Source: an uncultured Candidatus Saccharimonas sp. (GTDB taxonomy: Bacteria > Patescibacteriota > Saccharimonadia > Saccharimonadales > Saccharimonadaceae). Taken from it: a stretch of 32,000 bases of DNA. This document shows positions 17,618 through 27,303 of this stretch, piece by piece (the first letter of the stretch is position 1; each line of letters starts with the position of its first letter). The notes beneath the pieces are model-generated. The model saw only the letters and a list, made by a program, of their open reading frames with translations. It was not told the origin of the DNA and did no database searches. The DNA is taken from positions 30,001 through 62,000 of the forward strand of contig CAURWT010000002.1 in assembly GCA_963528875.1 (NCBI GenBank), read 5' to 3'. The translations under genes were made by a program, and so were the position numbers.

Positions 17618-20600
17618 ATGAACGACTTTCAAAAGATTTTCGAAAAAAATTACAAAATGTTAAACGCAGAGCAGAAAGAAGCAGTTGACACAATTGATGG
17701 GCCAGTTTTGGTGATTGCAGGGCCGGGGACAGGAAAAACCCAATTGCTTTCAACGCGAATTGCTAATATTTTGCAAAAAACTGACACAGCACCAGAGAAT
17801 ATCCTTGCAATGACCTTTACTGAAGCTGGAGCCTCGAATATGCGCGAGCGACTTTCGCGTTTTATTGGTACGGATTCTTTTAAAGTTGGAATTTTCACTT
17901 ATCACGGTTTCGCAAATGAAATTATTCAAAATTATCGTGAATATTTTACAGATAAAAATCTTAACGAGGCTGCCGATGAATTAATCACGAAAGAAATTAT
18001 AACAAAAATATCAAACGAATTGCCGAGTTCTTCAAAACTCAAAAAAATCCCTATTTCGAACATCGCCTCCACGATAAAAGAAATGAAAAATGCTTATATT
18101 TCGCCAGATGATTTGCGAAAAGTTGCGAAGGCAAATATTTCTGAGCAAGAAATTTTTAACGAGAGCATTAAAGGATTGCGCGTTAACGGGCGAACTTTTG
18201 CGCAGGTTCAGCCGTTTTATTCAGCAATTCGCGATAATTTAGAAAATTCAATCTCAAAAGATTTAAACGATACAAAGTTTAAAAGTAATCTGTATTTTTA
18301 TTTCGAAAAATTGGATGAAGCTTATCTTGAGGCAGAAGAAACTGGAAAATCAAAACCGTTAACAGATTGGAAGAATACTTTTCTTAATTTAAAAGATTTC
18401 GAAGATAATTTTCAAATCAGCGACACTTATGCAAATAAAAAACTACTTGAATTTGCTGATTTTTATGAAAAATTCAATAATGAAATGAAAAATCGTGGAC
18501 TTTATGATTTTAATGATATGATTCTGGAAGTTATCGAAACACTTGAAAACAACGATGATTTTCGGTTTACACTTCAAGAAAAATATCAGTATTTACTATT
18601 AGACGAATACCAAGACACTAATGATTCTCAGGCGAAAATTATTGAACTGCTCACAAATAATCCTGTTATGGAAGGTAAGCCAAATGTCTTGGCGGTGGGC
18701 GATGATGACCAAGCGATCATGGCTTTTCAAGGCGCAAGCAAGTCGAACATGATCGATTTTTACAATCGTTTTGGCGAAAACACAAAAGTCATCAACTTAA
18801 CTAAAAATTACCGCTCACACGGCGATATTTTAACTGCTTCAAAAAATGTTGCAAATACGATTTCAGGGCGATTAACTAAAAACTTGCCAATTAAAATTGA
18901 GAAAGATATTTCAGCGGAAGGAAACTTTATTAACCGAGAAATTCAGCTTGAGCGAACAAATTTTGAAAGTCAAATCGCAGAATTTTCTTGGGTCGCAGAA
19001 AAAATTTCGAATTTAATTCAAAACGGAGTTGCACCAAAAGAAATTGCCATAATTGCACCAAAGCACAAGATTCTGCAAGCTTTTGTGCCGTATTTAAAAA
19101 ACCAAAATGTACCAATTTATTATGAGAAACGCGAAAATATTCTAAAAAATGAAATAATTTCGCAGCTAATTAAGATTTCGAAGCTAATTTTGGCAATTCG
19201 CGATAAAGACGAAGATAAAATGGCAAATCTTTTCCCTGAAGTTTTGAGTTTTGATTTTTGGCAAATTCCAGCAGTTGAAGTTTGGAAAATGAGCTGGGCG
19301 GCCAAAGATAATCGTGATTTTTGGATTGAAGCTATATTGAAAAGCGAAGTTGAACAAATTCGAAATTTGGGTGAAATTTTAGTTACGCTAGCCGAATTTT
19401 CACACGAGAAGACTTTCGAAGAGCTTTTTGATTATATTTTGGGCTCAAGGGAAATTCGCGAAGGCTTAAAATCACCAATTCGAGATTTTATTTCGCAAAA
19501 ATCTGACGAAGAATTTTATGATACAATTTTAAACTTAACTATTTTGCGAGACAAACTGCGAGAATTTTCGAACGAAGAAAATAATAAACTTGATATTTTA
19601 ATAAATTATGTTGAATTATGTGAAGAATTTGAAATTCAAATTTTGAGCACAAATCCGCATAATACAAGCGAAAATGCAGTTCAAGTTATGACACCCTTTG
19701 TGGCAAAAGGCTTAGAATTTGAATATACTTTTCTAATTTCACTCAATCAAGATAGCTGGAATTCTGCGAGAAAAGGCGGTGGTGGCGAAAATATCACGAT
19801 GCCCGCAAACCTTAAATTTACAAATATCGAAGATGAGGGTGAAGACACGCGCAAGCGCTTGATGTTTGTGGCAATGACGCGTGCCAAAACTCAACTTTAT
19901 CTCACAAACCACAACAGTGATTTAACTGGAAAAACCAAAAAAACACTGTCATTTTTAGATGAGCGAGAAGAAGACGGAGTTTTAAAATCAAAAATTCTAC
20001 CTGAAAAATGGCAAGAAGTTTCAAGAATCCAAAGAGAATCACTTGAAGCTGATGAAGTTGAAACAAACTGGCACGAATTTTATACCATCAAAAATGAAAA
20101 AATGCGAGAGCTTCTGAAGCCAAGAGTTAAAAACTATAAATTAAGCCCAACAGATTTAAACTCCTATACAAGCCTCCAATATAAAGGTCCTCAAACCTTT
20201 TTCGAAAACAAAATTTTATGTTTTCCCGGAGCTTATGGTCCAGCTCTAACGCTTGGAAATATCGTTCATGAAGGCTTTAATTATATTCAAGATGAAATTA
20301 ATTCTGGCAATACACCAAATATTGACAACATTAAAAAATATGCTATTGAAAGATTTTCGAAATACCCACTCTCAGAAAAAGACAAAGAAGAAATTTTAGA
20401 AAGATTTAATCAAATTTTTGAAAACTTTTTCGAAAATAATTTAGGCGAGTTTAAACCTGGAAATATAGCTGAGAAAAACTTTAGCGGTGTTGGTATAACG
20501 GTTGGAGATGCGGTTCTAACGGGAAAAATTGACCTAATTCGAATAGAACACGAAAATAAAAAAATCACAGTCGTTGATTATAAGACCGGTTCAATTCCTT

Positions 20601-20953
20601 TTAATACTAAAACTAATAAATTTGATACAAATTCAACAAAAATTCACGAGTATACACAACAGCTATATTTTTATAAAATTTTGATCGAAAATGCACCAGA
20701 ATTTTCGGGTTACACGGTTGAAAAGGGAATTCTGGAGTTCATTGAGCCAGATAAACGTACTGAAAAAACTTATAATTTTGAAGTCATATTTAAACCTGAA
20801 GAAGAGGAACGGCTAAAAACTCTAATTCAAGCTGTTTGGGCAAAAATTAAATCATTTAATTTTGAGCTAGATGAAGAAAAATATTCGAAAGATATAAAAG
20901 GAACGCGAGCTTTTGAAGCAGATTTAATCGCGGATTTTAAGGATTCAAAATAA
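17618..20953 (+). CDS. UvrD/PcrA-family SF1 helicase fused to a C-terminal RecB-like PD-(D/E)XK nuclease (AddA-like)
   Basis: Motif I AGPGTGKTQ, Ia MTFTEAGA, II LLDEYQDTN, III VGDDDQAIMAFQGA, IV KNYRS, V FVAKGLEFE, VI VAMTRAKTQLYL. Nuclease: GNIVHEGF, GKIDLIRIE...VVDYKTG, QQLYFYKIL. Confidence 0.88.
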   Translation: MNDFQKIFEKNYKMLNAEQKEAVDTIDGPVLVIAGPGTGKTQLLSTRIANILQKTDTAPENILAMTFTEAGASNMRERLSRFIGTDSFKVGIFTYHGFANEIIQNYREYFTDKNLNEAADELITKEIITKISNELPSSSKLKKIPISNIASTIKEMKNAYISPDDLRKVAKANISEQEIFNESIKGLRVNGRTFAQVQPFYSAIRDNLENSISKDLNDTKFKSNLYFYFEKLDEAYLEAEETGKSKPLTDWKNTFLNLKDFEDNFQISDTYANKKLLEFADFYEKFNNEMKNRGLYDFNDMILEVIETLENNDDFRFTLQEKYQYLLLDEYQDTNDSQAKIIELLTNNPVMEGKPNVLAVGDDDQAIMAFQGASKSNMIDFYNRFGENTKVINLTKNYRSHGDILTASKNVANTISGRLTKNLPIKIEKDISAEGNFINREIQLERTNFESQIAEFSWVAEKISNLIQNGVAPKEIAIIAPKHKILQAFVPYLKNQNVPIYYEKRENILKNEIISQLIKISKLILAIRDKDEDKMANLFPEVLSFDFWQIPAVEVWKMSWAAKDNRDFWIEAILKSEVEQIRNLGEILVTLAEFSHEKTFEELFDYILGSREIREGLKSPIRDFISQKSDEEFYDTILNLTILRDKLREFSNEENNKLDILINYVELCEEFEIQILSTNPHNTSENAVQVMTPFVAKGLEFEYTFLISLNQDSWNSARKGGGGENITMPANLKFTNIEDEGEDTRKRLMFVAMTRAKTQLYLTNHNSDLTGKTKKTLSFLDEREEDGVLKSKILPEKWQEVSRIQRESLEADEVETNWHEFYTIKNEKMRELLKPRVKNYKLSPTDLNSYTSLQYKGPQTFFENKILCFPGAYGPALTLGNIVHEGFNYIQDEINSGNTPNIDNIKKYAIERFSKYPLSEKDKEEILERFNQIFENFFENNLGEFKPGNIAEKNFSGVGITVGDAVLTGKIDLIRIEHENKKITVVDYKTGSIPFNTKTNKFDTNSTKIHEYTQQLYFYKILIENAPEFSGYTVEKGILEFIEPDKRTEKTYNFEVIFKPEEEERLKTLIQAVWAKIKSFNFELDEEKYSKDIKGTRAFEADLIADFKDSK

Positions 20954-20956
20954 CTA

Positions 20957-21892
20957 ATGAATAAAGATTTTTTTGAAAAAGATTATCTTTTAACCCGTGT
21001 CGATTTCGATAGAAATCAAAAACCACGTTGGAGATTGGCAGATTTGGATTCTGGTGAAATTCTAAGTTTCTCTCCAGAATTTGAAGAACCAATTTCAATA
21101 GAAATTAACCTTTCAAAACGATTTTGTATTGGTTGGCATAATTTGGAAACGGGTGAGGATTTTGTCTGCCCAGAAAATTATGAACTTGACAAAAAATATG
21201 AACAATGTCAAAATTGCCAAAAGAGAACCGGCTTTAATCCAGCATTTTACAATGTAAAAGATGGAGAAATTTCAAAACAACAGATTGAGCGAAATTTGCA
21301 GCCGCATTTTGTTTATTTGGCATATTTTTCAGATGAAATTATTAAGGTTGGAATTAGTTTTGCAGGACGAGGAATTGCAAGATTACTTGAGCAGGGGGCA
21401 AGAGCCGCGTTGATTTTAGGTGAATTTTCGAGTGCAAATATTGCTCGAAATTATGAAGAGAAAATATCGAAAATGACAGATTTTTGTGAAAATGTCAAAG
21501 CAAATGTGAAATTAAAATTGCTTGAACAAGATTTTGTTTTTTCGAAAGCAGAAAAAGCACTTCTTGATGCTCGCAAAAAAATAGAAACCGCTCAAAAAGT
21601 AGTTTTCGAAAAGCAAGATCCAATAGATTTAAATAAATTTTATGCAAAAAATGGTGAGATTCCAAGCGGAGAAATACTTGAAATACAAAATTGTCTACAA
21701 AATCAAAACGGTGAAACTTTGATTTTTTCAGGTATTTTAAAAGCTCAAGTTGGTTATATTTTACTCGCTGAACAACAGGGTGAAGTTATTTCAATACCAC
21801 TTAAAAAATTTACGGGGCGAAAAATTCGAATTTCAACAAAAATTATTGAACTTAATTTACCAGAACGACAGGCCAGTTTGTTTGATTTTTAA
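20957..21892 (+). CDS. Zinc-ribbon protein with a GIY-YIG/T5orf172-like segment (possibly DUF2797-like)
   Basis: Four Cys (FCIGW...VCPEN...CQNCQ), followed by FVYLAYFSDEIIKVGISFAGRGIARLLEQGA. Begins 3 nt after the helicase stop. Family assignment is from memory only. Confidence 0.55.
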   Translation: MNKDFFEKDYLLTRVDFDRNQKPRWRLADLDSGEILSFSPEFEEPISIEINLSKRFCIGWHNLETGEDFVCPENYELDKKYEQCQNCQKRTGFNPAFYNVKDGEISKQQIERNLQPHFVYLAYFSDEIIKVGISFAGRGIARLLEQGARAALILGEFSSANIARNYEEKISKMTDFCENVKANVKLKLLEQDFVFSKAEKALLDARKKIETAQKVVFEKQDPIDLNKFYAKNGEIPSGEILEIQNCLQNQNGETLIFSGILKAQVGYILLAEQQGEVISIPLKKFTGRKIRISTKIIELNLPERQASLFDF

Positions 21893-21910
21893 GTAAAAAA
21901 CTGATAAAAT
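21882..21910 (+). promoter_or_regulatory. Sigma70-type promoter, leaderless configuration (dnaX); -35 lies inside the upstream gene end
   Basis: TTGATT (21882-21887), 17 bp, TGaTAAAAT (-10 at 21905-21910), 7 nt, ATG 21918. Confidence 0.55.
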
Positions 21911-21917
21911 AGAACTA

Positions 21918-23465
21918 ATGAGTAAAGCATTATATCGCAAATATCGGAGTAAGAAATTAAGTGAAGTTGTGGGTCAAAAACACATCACAACAGTGCTTGA
22001 AAATGCTTTAAAACAGGGGAAAATTGCCCATGCTTACCTTTTTACTGGTCCGCGCGGCGTTGGTAAAACTTCTATTGCACGAATTTTAGCCCACGAAATT
22101 AATAATCTACCATATTCAGAAGAAGATAATCACCCAGATATTATTGAAATTGATGCCGCCAGCAACAACGGAGTAGATGATATCCGCCAGCTTCGAGATA
22201 ATGTGCAAGTTGCGCCGTTTTCTGCCAAATATCGTGTTTACATTATAGATGAAGTTCATATGCTTTCGAAAGCCGCTTTTAATGCACTTCTCAAAACACT
22301 TGAAGAACCACCAGAACACGCCGTTTTTATTCTTGCCACGACCGATGCTCACAAATTGCCAACAACAATTATCAGCCGAACTCAGCGGTTTGTTTTTCGA
22401 TTTATTTCAAAAGAAGACGTTTGCGCCCATTTAGAATTTATTGCTAAAAATGAAAAAATTAATATTTCCAGAGAAGCGATTGAAATTATTGCCGAACGTG
22501 GCGAGGGGAGTTTTCGTGATAGCATTTCGTTGCTTGATCAAATTTCAAGTATTGCAGAAAAAAGTGAAGAAATTACAGCAAGTTTACTTGAAAAAGCCCT
22601 TGGATTGGCGCCAAAAATGCAAATTAATGATTTAATTTCAGCTTTCGAAAACCAAAATTCAAACGAAATTTTGCAAATCGTGCGAGATGTTCACAATTCT
22701 GGTGTAGATTTAAAAAATTTTGCTAGCCAGCTTTTAAGTTTTATTACTGAAAATGTTGGCGAAAAACCATATCTTTCGCAATTTTTAATACCACTAGCAC
22801 GAGCAGAAAAGTCAAATTTTATTGAAATGGAGCTACTTTCTATTTTTATTCAGCCGAGTTTTACGCCGCATTTTTCAATAAATCAAAATATCTTATCACA
22901 AATTCAGCAAAAAACAATTTCGAAGCCAAAGATTGAAAATCAAAAAACGGCAGAAATTTCAAAAAATGAATCAGAAAATCAGCCAAGCCTGCAAAAAGAA
23001 ACTTTCGAAAATTCGCAAAAAAATGAAAATCATGAAAATGATATAGAAATTCCACAAAAATATAAAGAAGACAAATCTCTGAAAAGTGGAATTCCGGAAA
23101 GTTTAGATGAAGTTCAACCAAAAAATGAAAATAAAAATCAAGATCTGGGAGAGAAGAAAGAATTTAAATGGGCAGACTTCTGGGGCGCAATTGATGAGGG
23201 AGACAAAGGAGTTCAAACGATTCTAAAACAATCTGGCCATATTTTCGAAAACGGTAAAATTAAAATTTATACGGGCAGACCTTTTAACCAAAAACAGCTC
23301 GAAAAAGCAAAAGCTCAAGCTTCAATGGGAAAAGCTTTAAAGAAAATTGGCGCAGATGGCTGGGTAATTGAAGTTTTCGGAACGACAAAACCCGCAAGCG
23401 ACCCAGCGATTGCGAGCGTTCAGGATTTAATGGGGGGTGGAGAAATGGTAAAAATTGATGAGTAG
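21918..23465 (+). CDS. dnaX: DNA polymerase III subunit gamma/tau
   Basis: GPRGVGKTS Walker A, IDEVHMLS, FNALLKTLEEPP, SRTQRF. Low-complexity Q/N/E/K linker, then a C-terminal domain. Confidence 0.92.
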   Translation: MSKALYRKYRSKKLSEVVGQKHITTVLENALKQGKIAHAYLFTGPRGVGKTSIARILAHEINNLPYSEEDNHPDIIEIDAASNNGVDDIRQLRDNVQVAPFSAKYRVYIIDEVHMLSKAAFNALLKTLEEPPEHAVFILATTDAHKLPTTIISRTQRFVFRFISKEDVCAHLEFIAKNEKINISREAIEIIAERGEGSFRDSISLLDQISSIAEKSEEITASLLEKALGLAPKMQINDLISAFENQNSNEILQIVRDVHNSGVDLKNFASQLLSFITENVGEKPYLSQFLIPLARAEKSNFIEMELLSIFIQPSFTPHFSINQNILSQIQQKTISKPKIENQKTAEISKNESENQPSLQKETFENSQKNENHENDIEIPQKYKEDKSLKSGIPESLDEVQPKNENKNQDLGEKKEFKWADFWGAIDEGDKGVQTILKQSGHIFENGKIKIYTGRPFNQKQLEKAKAQASMGKALKKIGADGWVIEVFGTTKPASDPAIASVQDLMGGGEMVKIDE

Positions 23466-24810
23466 CGAGAAAACCGGCGGTAAAATTCCGCCACAGAATT
23501 TAGATGCCGAGATGAGTTTAATTGGCGCTATTTTGATTGATGAGGAAGTTTTAATTGATATTGTAGAGATTGTGAAAGCGGCAGATTTTTATGACAAACG
23601 CCACGCTGCAATCTTTGCGTCGATTATTCGGCTTTATGAACATCACCAGCCGGTCGATCTTCTAACACTTACAAACGAACTAAAAAAACGAGAAGAACTC
23701 GATGCAGTTGGTGGCTCAAGCTATTTAGCAGAATTGACAAACTATGTTCCAACAGCTTCGCATGCAGCAAGTTATGCTGAAATTGTTGCTCAGGCAGCAG
23801 TTCGAAGGCGACTAATCAAGGCTGGCGGTGATATTACTGAATTGGCTTTTAATGAAGAATTAACTGTTCCGCAGCTTTTAGGCCAAAGTGAAGCCGAACT
23901 TTTTAGCGTTTCAGACGCGAGCTTAAAACAAGATCTGTCTTCGATGGAAGATATCCTGAACGACTCTTTCGAAAGATTAGATGAGCTTTATAAGAACAAA
24001 GGGGCGATTCGTGGAATTCGAACAGGTTATCGTGATCTTGACAACAAAACAGCAGGATTGCAGCGTTCAGATCTAATTATTCTTGCTGCCCGGCCAGCGA
24101 TGGGAAAAACAACTTTCGTAACAAATTTAGCTTATAATATTGCTACGATTGAAAAAAAATCAGTGCTTTTCTTTAGCCTTGAGATGAGTAAAGAACAACT
24201 TGTCGACCGTATGCTTGCAGATGCTGCTGGAGTTGACTCGTGGAATATTCGAACGGGAAATTTGAGTGATGAAGACTTCGCAAAGCTAGCTGATGCGATG
24301 GGAGAAATGGCTGAAGCTCCGATTTTTATTGATGATACACCGGGCGTAAGTGTTCTTGAAATGCGAACAAAAGCACGGCGCGCAGCACATGATGGCGAGC
24401 TTGGTTTGATTGTTATTGACTACCTCCAGCTGATGCAAGGAAGCGGCTCAGCAAAATCTTCAGCAAACCGTGTTCAAGAAGTTTCAGAAATTTCGCGTGG
24501 CTTGAAGTTGCTTGCACGTGAATTAAATGTGCCTGTAATTGCGCTTTCACAGCTTAGCCGCTCCGTTGAAAGCCGTGACCCTAAAATACCGCAACTTGCC
24601 GATCTCCGTGAATCTGGTTCTATTGAACAAGATGCAGATATCGTAATGTTTCTTTATCGTGAAGCTTATTACAACCCCGAAACTGAGCGTGAAAATATCA
24701 CAGATCTCATTCTTGCCAAACATCGCCACGGCCCAGTTGGTACAATTGAGCTCTATTTCCATCCAGAACGCCTACGCTTTATGTCGCTCGACCGCAAGCA
24801 TGGTGAATAA
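23458..24810 (+). CDS. dnaB: Replicative DNA helicase
   Basis: PPQNLDAEMSLIGAIL N-terminus, Walker A ARPAMGKTT, IVIDYLQLM, ALSQLSR, DADIVMFLYR. Overlaps the dnaX stop by 8 nt. ATG 23458 preferred over TTG 23455. Confidence 0.95.
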   Translation: MSSEKTGGKIPPQNLDAEMSLIGAILIDEEVLIDIVEIVKAADFYDKRHAAIFASIIRLYEHHQPVDLLTLTNELKKREELDAVGGSSYLAELTNYVPTASHAASYAEIVAQAAVRRRLIKAGGDITELAFNEELTVPQLLGQSEAELFSVSDASLKQDLSSMEDILNDSFERLDELYKNKGAIRGIRTGYRDLDNKTAGLQRSDLIILAARPAMGKTTFVTNLAYNIATIEKKSVLFFSLEMSKEQLVDRMLADAAGVDSWNIRTGNLSDEDFAKLADAMGEMAEAPIFIDDTPGVSVLEMRTKARRAAHDGELGLIVIDYLQLMQGSGSAKSSANRVQEVSEISRGLKLLARELNVPVIALSQLSRSVESRDPKIPQLADLRESGSIEQDADIVMFLYREAYYNPETERENITDLILAKHRHGPVGTIELYFHPERLRFMSLDRKHGE

Positions 24811-24817
24811 ATTTTAA

Positions 24818-24846
24818 AACCGCACCCCCTGTTCTTGCGGTTTTTA
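24818..24846 (+). terminator. Intrinsic terminator after dnaB
   Basis: AACCGCA-11 nt-TGCGGTT followed by a T run. Confidence 0.75.
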
Positions 24847-24849
24847 AAA

Positions 24850-24878
24850 TTGATTTTTCATTTTCTTTAGCGTATAAT
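24850..24878 (+). promoter_or_regulatory. Sigma70-type promoter, leaderless configuration (histidine kinase)
   Basis: TTGATT (24850-24855), 17 bp, TATAAT (24873-24878), 7 nt, ATG 24886. Confidence 0.55.
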
Positions 24879-24885
24879 TATGGTT

Positions 24886-26181
24886 ATGGATAAATTTAAT
24901 AATTGCAAAAATGAGCTTTTAATAAGATTCATGCTCGGCACAATGATTTTTCTGTCTGAGATTGCAATTATTTTTATTACTCATCCGCTAAATTTTAATG
25001 ATTTTATAGTGATATTTTTTACACTCTTTGCTTTAAACTTAGCTTTTATAATTTTTGGAGTTCGCCAAAAACAAACTCGCCAAAAAATGTTTGAAGCCCG
25101 CAAAAATGCCGAAGATTCGCGAAATAGAATCTTAACGATCATCAACAGCTTAACTGATGCCGTACTAAGTATTGATTCGCGCGGAAAAATTGAATTATAC
25201 AATTCTGCAGCACTTGAAATTTTAGGCGAAAATGGTGAAATTTTAAATAAGAACCTTTCGAAAATTTGTAAGCTTGCAAAAATCAACACACAAAAATTCG
25301 AAATTCAAGAAATTCTTAAAGCAGGAAAGCCATATTTCTCAACCAACGATTTAATCCTTCAAAAAGAAGATGAAACACTACGAATTGAAATTGAAATTAT
25401 TAAAATTAAAGAATCTTTTTCGAAAAAATCAAGGTCTAATTTAAAAAAATTCGTGGTAATTTTACGCGATATCACCAAGCAAAAAACGCTTGATGAAGAG
25501 CGTGATGAATTTATTAGTGTTGTGAGCCACGAACTTCGCACGCCAGTGGCAATTTTAGAGGGGTCTTTGAGTAATTTAAAACTGCTAATTGATAAAAAAG
25601 CACCTTTTAAGATGCTTGAAAAATCTGCTAAAACCGCCTACAGCCAAAATAATTTTCTCGCAACAATGGTGAATGATCTCTCGATACTTTCACGTACAGA
25701 AAGAGGAATCGGTGAAGGAACGGAAAAAATTAACCCAAAAGAACTTGCCGAGACACTTTTCAAAAAATATCACAAAACAGCTTTCGAAAGAGGTCTAAGC
25801 CTCAATTTAAATATTGACAATAATCTTAATCATGTTAAAGCTAGTAAACTTTATCTGGAAGAATTATTACAAAATTTTATCACAAACGCCTTAAAATATA
25901 CGCGCGAAGGTTCTATTGAAATTTGTTTTAAAAATTCACAAAAAGGTGTAATTTTTGAGATTAAAGATACCGGGATAGGAATTAGCTCAAGCGATCAAAA
26001 ACGGATTTTCGAAAAGTTTTACAGGAGTGAAGATTGGCGAACGCGAGAAACTGGCGGCACAGGCTTAGGGCTTTATATTTCTTCAAAATTGGCAGCAAAA
26101 ATTGGTACAAAAATTCAACTCGAAAGCAAATTAAACCACGGCTCGAAATTCTTTTTTGAACTCCCAAAAATTAAAGAATAG
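24886..26181 (+). CDS. Sensor histidine kinase (2 TM, PAS-like, HisKA, HATPase_c); no adjacent response regulator
   Basis: H-box SHELRTPV, N-box NFITNALKYT, G-boxes DTGIGI and GTGLGLYIS. Start at 24886 on promoter geometry (track 24880). Confidence 0.85.
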   Translation: MDKFNNCKNELLIRFMLGTMIFLSEIAIIFITHPLNFNDFIVIFFTLFALNLAFIIFGVRQKQTRQKMFEARKNAEDSRNRILTIINSLTDAVLSIDSRGKIELYNSAALEILGENGEILNKNLSKICKLAKINTQKFEIQEILKAGKPYFSTNDLILQKEDETLRIEIEIIKIKESFSKKSRSNLKKFVVILRDITKQKTLDEERDEFISVVSHELRTPVAILEGSLSNLKLLIDKKAPFKMLEKSAKTAYSQNNFLATMVNDLSILSRTERGIGEGTEKINPKELAETLFKKYHKTAFERGLSLNLNIDNNLNHVKASKLYLEELLQNFITNALKYTREGSIEICFKNSQKGVIFEIKDTGIGISSSDQKRIFEKFYRSEDWRTRETGGTGLGLYISSKLAAKIGTKIQLESKLNHGSKFFFELPKIKE

Positions 26182-26234
26182 ATTTTTGCATATTTTTTGC
26201 TTTTTTAAAAATTTTATGATATACTTGACATATC

Positions 26235-26252
26235 AAGCCTAATAGGCTTTTT
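26235..26252 (+). terminator. Intrinsic terminator after the histidine kinase gene
   Basis: AGCCT-aat-AGGCT followed by TTTTT. Confidence 0.6.
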
Positions 26253-26272
26253 AATTTTGGAATAGGAGAAAG

Positions 26273-26656
26273 ATGGCGAAGAAAGAAACCAAAATAACTC
26301 GCGTTAAAGCAAAAAACGCAAAATCGAAGCCTGAAAAAGAAGTTTCGAAAGAGCTAAAAATAAGCAAATATGCTGCAAAAGTTGCTGGCATCAAAACAGA
26401 GAAAAAAGCAAAAAAACCGGCACCAAAATTTGTGCGAATTTTAATGAAACCGTTTAAATTCGTTGCAATTCCATTTGTTGCACTTGGTAAATATTTATCA
26501 GCTTCTTGGAAAGAACTAAAACTCGTTCGCTGGCCAACCCGCAAAGAAACTTGGAAAATGACTAGTGCCGTAATTGCATTTTCTGTAGGGTTTGCGACAT
26601 TAATTTTATTACTAGACGGCTTGTTTAACTGGATTTTTAAAACACTAATTAAGTAA
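26273..26656 (+). CDS. secE: Preprotein translocase subunit SecE with a Lys-rich N-terminal extension
   Basis: C-terminal VRWPTRKETWKMTSAVIAFSVGFATLILLLDGLF. Position immediately upstream of nusG. RBS GGAGAAAG. Confidence 0.85.
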   Translation: MAKKETKITRVKAKNAKSKPEKEVSKELKISKYAAKVAGIKTEKKAKKPAPKFVRILMKPFKFVAIPFVALGKYLSASWKELKLVRWPTRKETWKMTSAVIAFSVGFATLILLLDGLFNWIFKTLIK

Positions 26657-26671
26657 TTTTGAAAGGTATTT

Positions 26672-27214
26672 ATGGCAAATAAACGATATGATGATTCCCG
26701 AAACTGGTATGCAGTTACAACTTTAGCGGGATATGAAGACAAAGTTGCGGAAAATCTTCGCCAACGAATTGAAGGCGTAGATATGGCCGACAAAATCTTT
26801 GACACGCTTGTTCCAAAAGAGAAGCAGATCGAAGTTAGAAATGGGAAACGCAAAGTTGTTGAACGAAAAATTCTACAAAGTTATGTTTTGGTTGAAATGA
26901 AATTAACTGAGGAAACTTGGTTTGTAGTTCGAAACACACCAGGTGTGACTGGATTTATTGGTTCAGATTCACCAACACCAGTTTCCGAAAAAGAAATGCG
27001 TGATATTCGCCGCCGAATGGGTGCCGAAGAGCCAATGTTTGAAATTAACTTTTCTGAAGGTGAAATTATCAATATTATTGATGGTCCATTCAAAGGTTTC
27101 GAAGGTGCAGTTTCTGAGATTGACGCCGTGAAAGGCAAAATCAAAGTAATGGTTTCAATGTTTGGCCGCGAAACACCAGTTGAGCTTGATATTCTTCAAA
27201 TTGAAAAAATCTAA
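26672..27214 (+). CDS. nusG: Transcription termination/antitermination factor NusG
   Basis: NGN domain WYAVTTLAGYEDKV...SYVLVEM, KOW IIDGPFKGFEGAVSEID...KIKVMVSMFGRETPVEL. Confidence 0.95.
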   Translation: MANKRYDDSRNWYAVTTLAGYEDKVAENLRQRIEGVDMADKIFDTLVPKEKQIEVRNGKRKVVERKILQSYVLVEMKLTEETWFVVRNTPGVTGFIGSDSPTPVSEKEMRDIRRRMGAEEPMFEINFSEGEIINIIDGPFKGFEGAVSEIDAVKGKIKVMVSMFGRETPVELDILQIEKI

Positions 27215-27237
27215 TTTTAAATTTCGAAAGCTAAAAA

Positions 27238-27262
27238 ACGCTCAAAATTGAGCGTTTTAATT
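27238..27262 (+). terminator. Intrinsic terminator after nusG
   Basis: CGCTC-aaaatt-GAGCG followed by TTTTAATTT. Confidence 0.65.
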
Positions 27263-27271
27263 TGGTTTAAA

Positions 27272-27298
27272 TTAAAAATCTCGCCAAATTCAGCGAGA
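27272..27298 (-). terminator. Intrinsic terminator after the nucleotidyltransferase gene
   Basis: Minus strand: TCTCGC-tgaatttg-GCGAGA followed by TTTTT. Confidence 0.65.
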
Positions 27299-27303
27299 AA
27301 AAA

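Noticed and set aside
22550-23130. Possible dnaX programmed -1 frameshift (gamma/tau) at A-runs such as GAAAAAAGT (22558-22566)
   Set aside because: None of the A-runs is in the X-XXY-YYZ phase of the E. coli A-AAA-AAG site. I saw no downstream stem-loop or nearby -1-frame stop arrangement that would support it.
26251-26853. 200-aa minus-strand ORF
   Set aside because: Entirely antisense to the clearly recognisable secE and nusG. It is a low-complexity S/F-rich translation typical of the reverse frame of Lys/Glu-rich genes.
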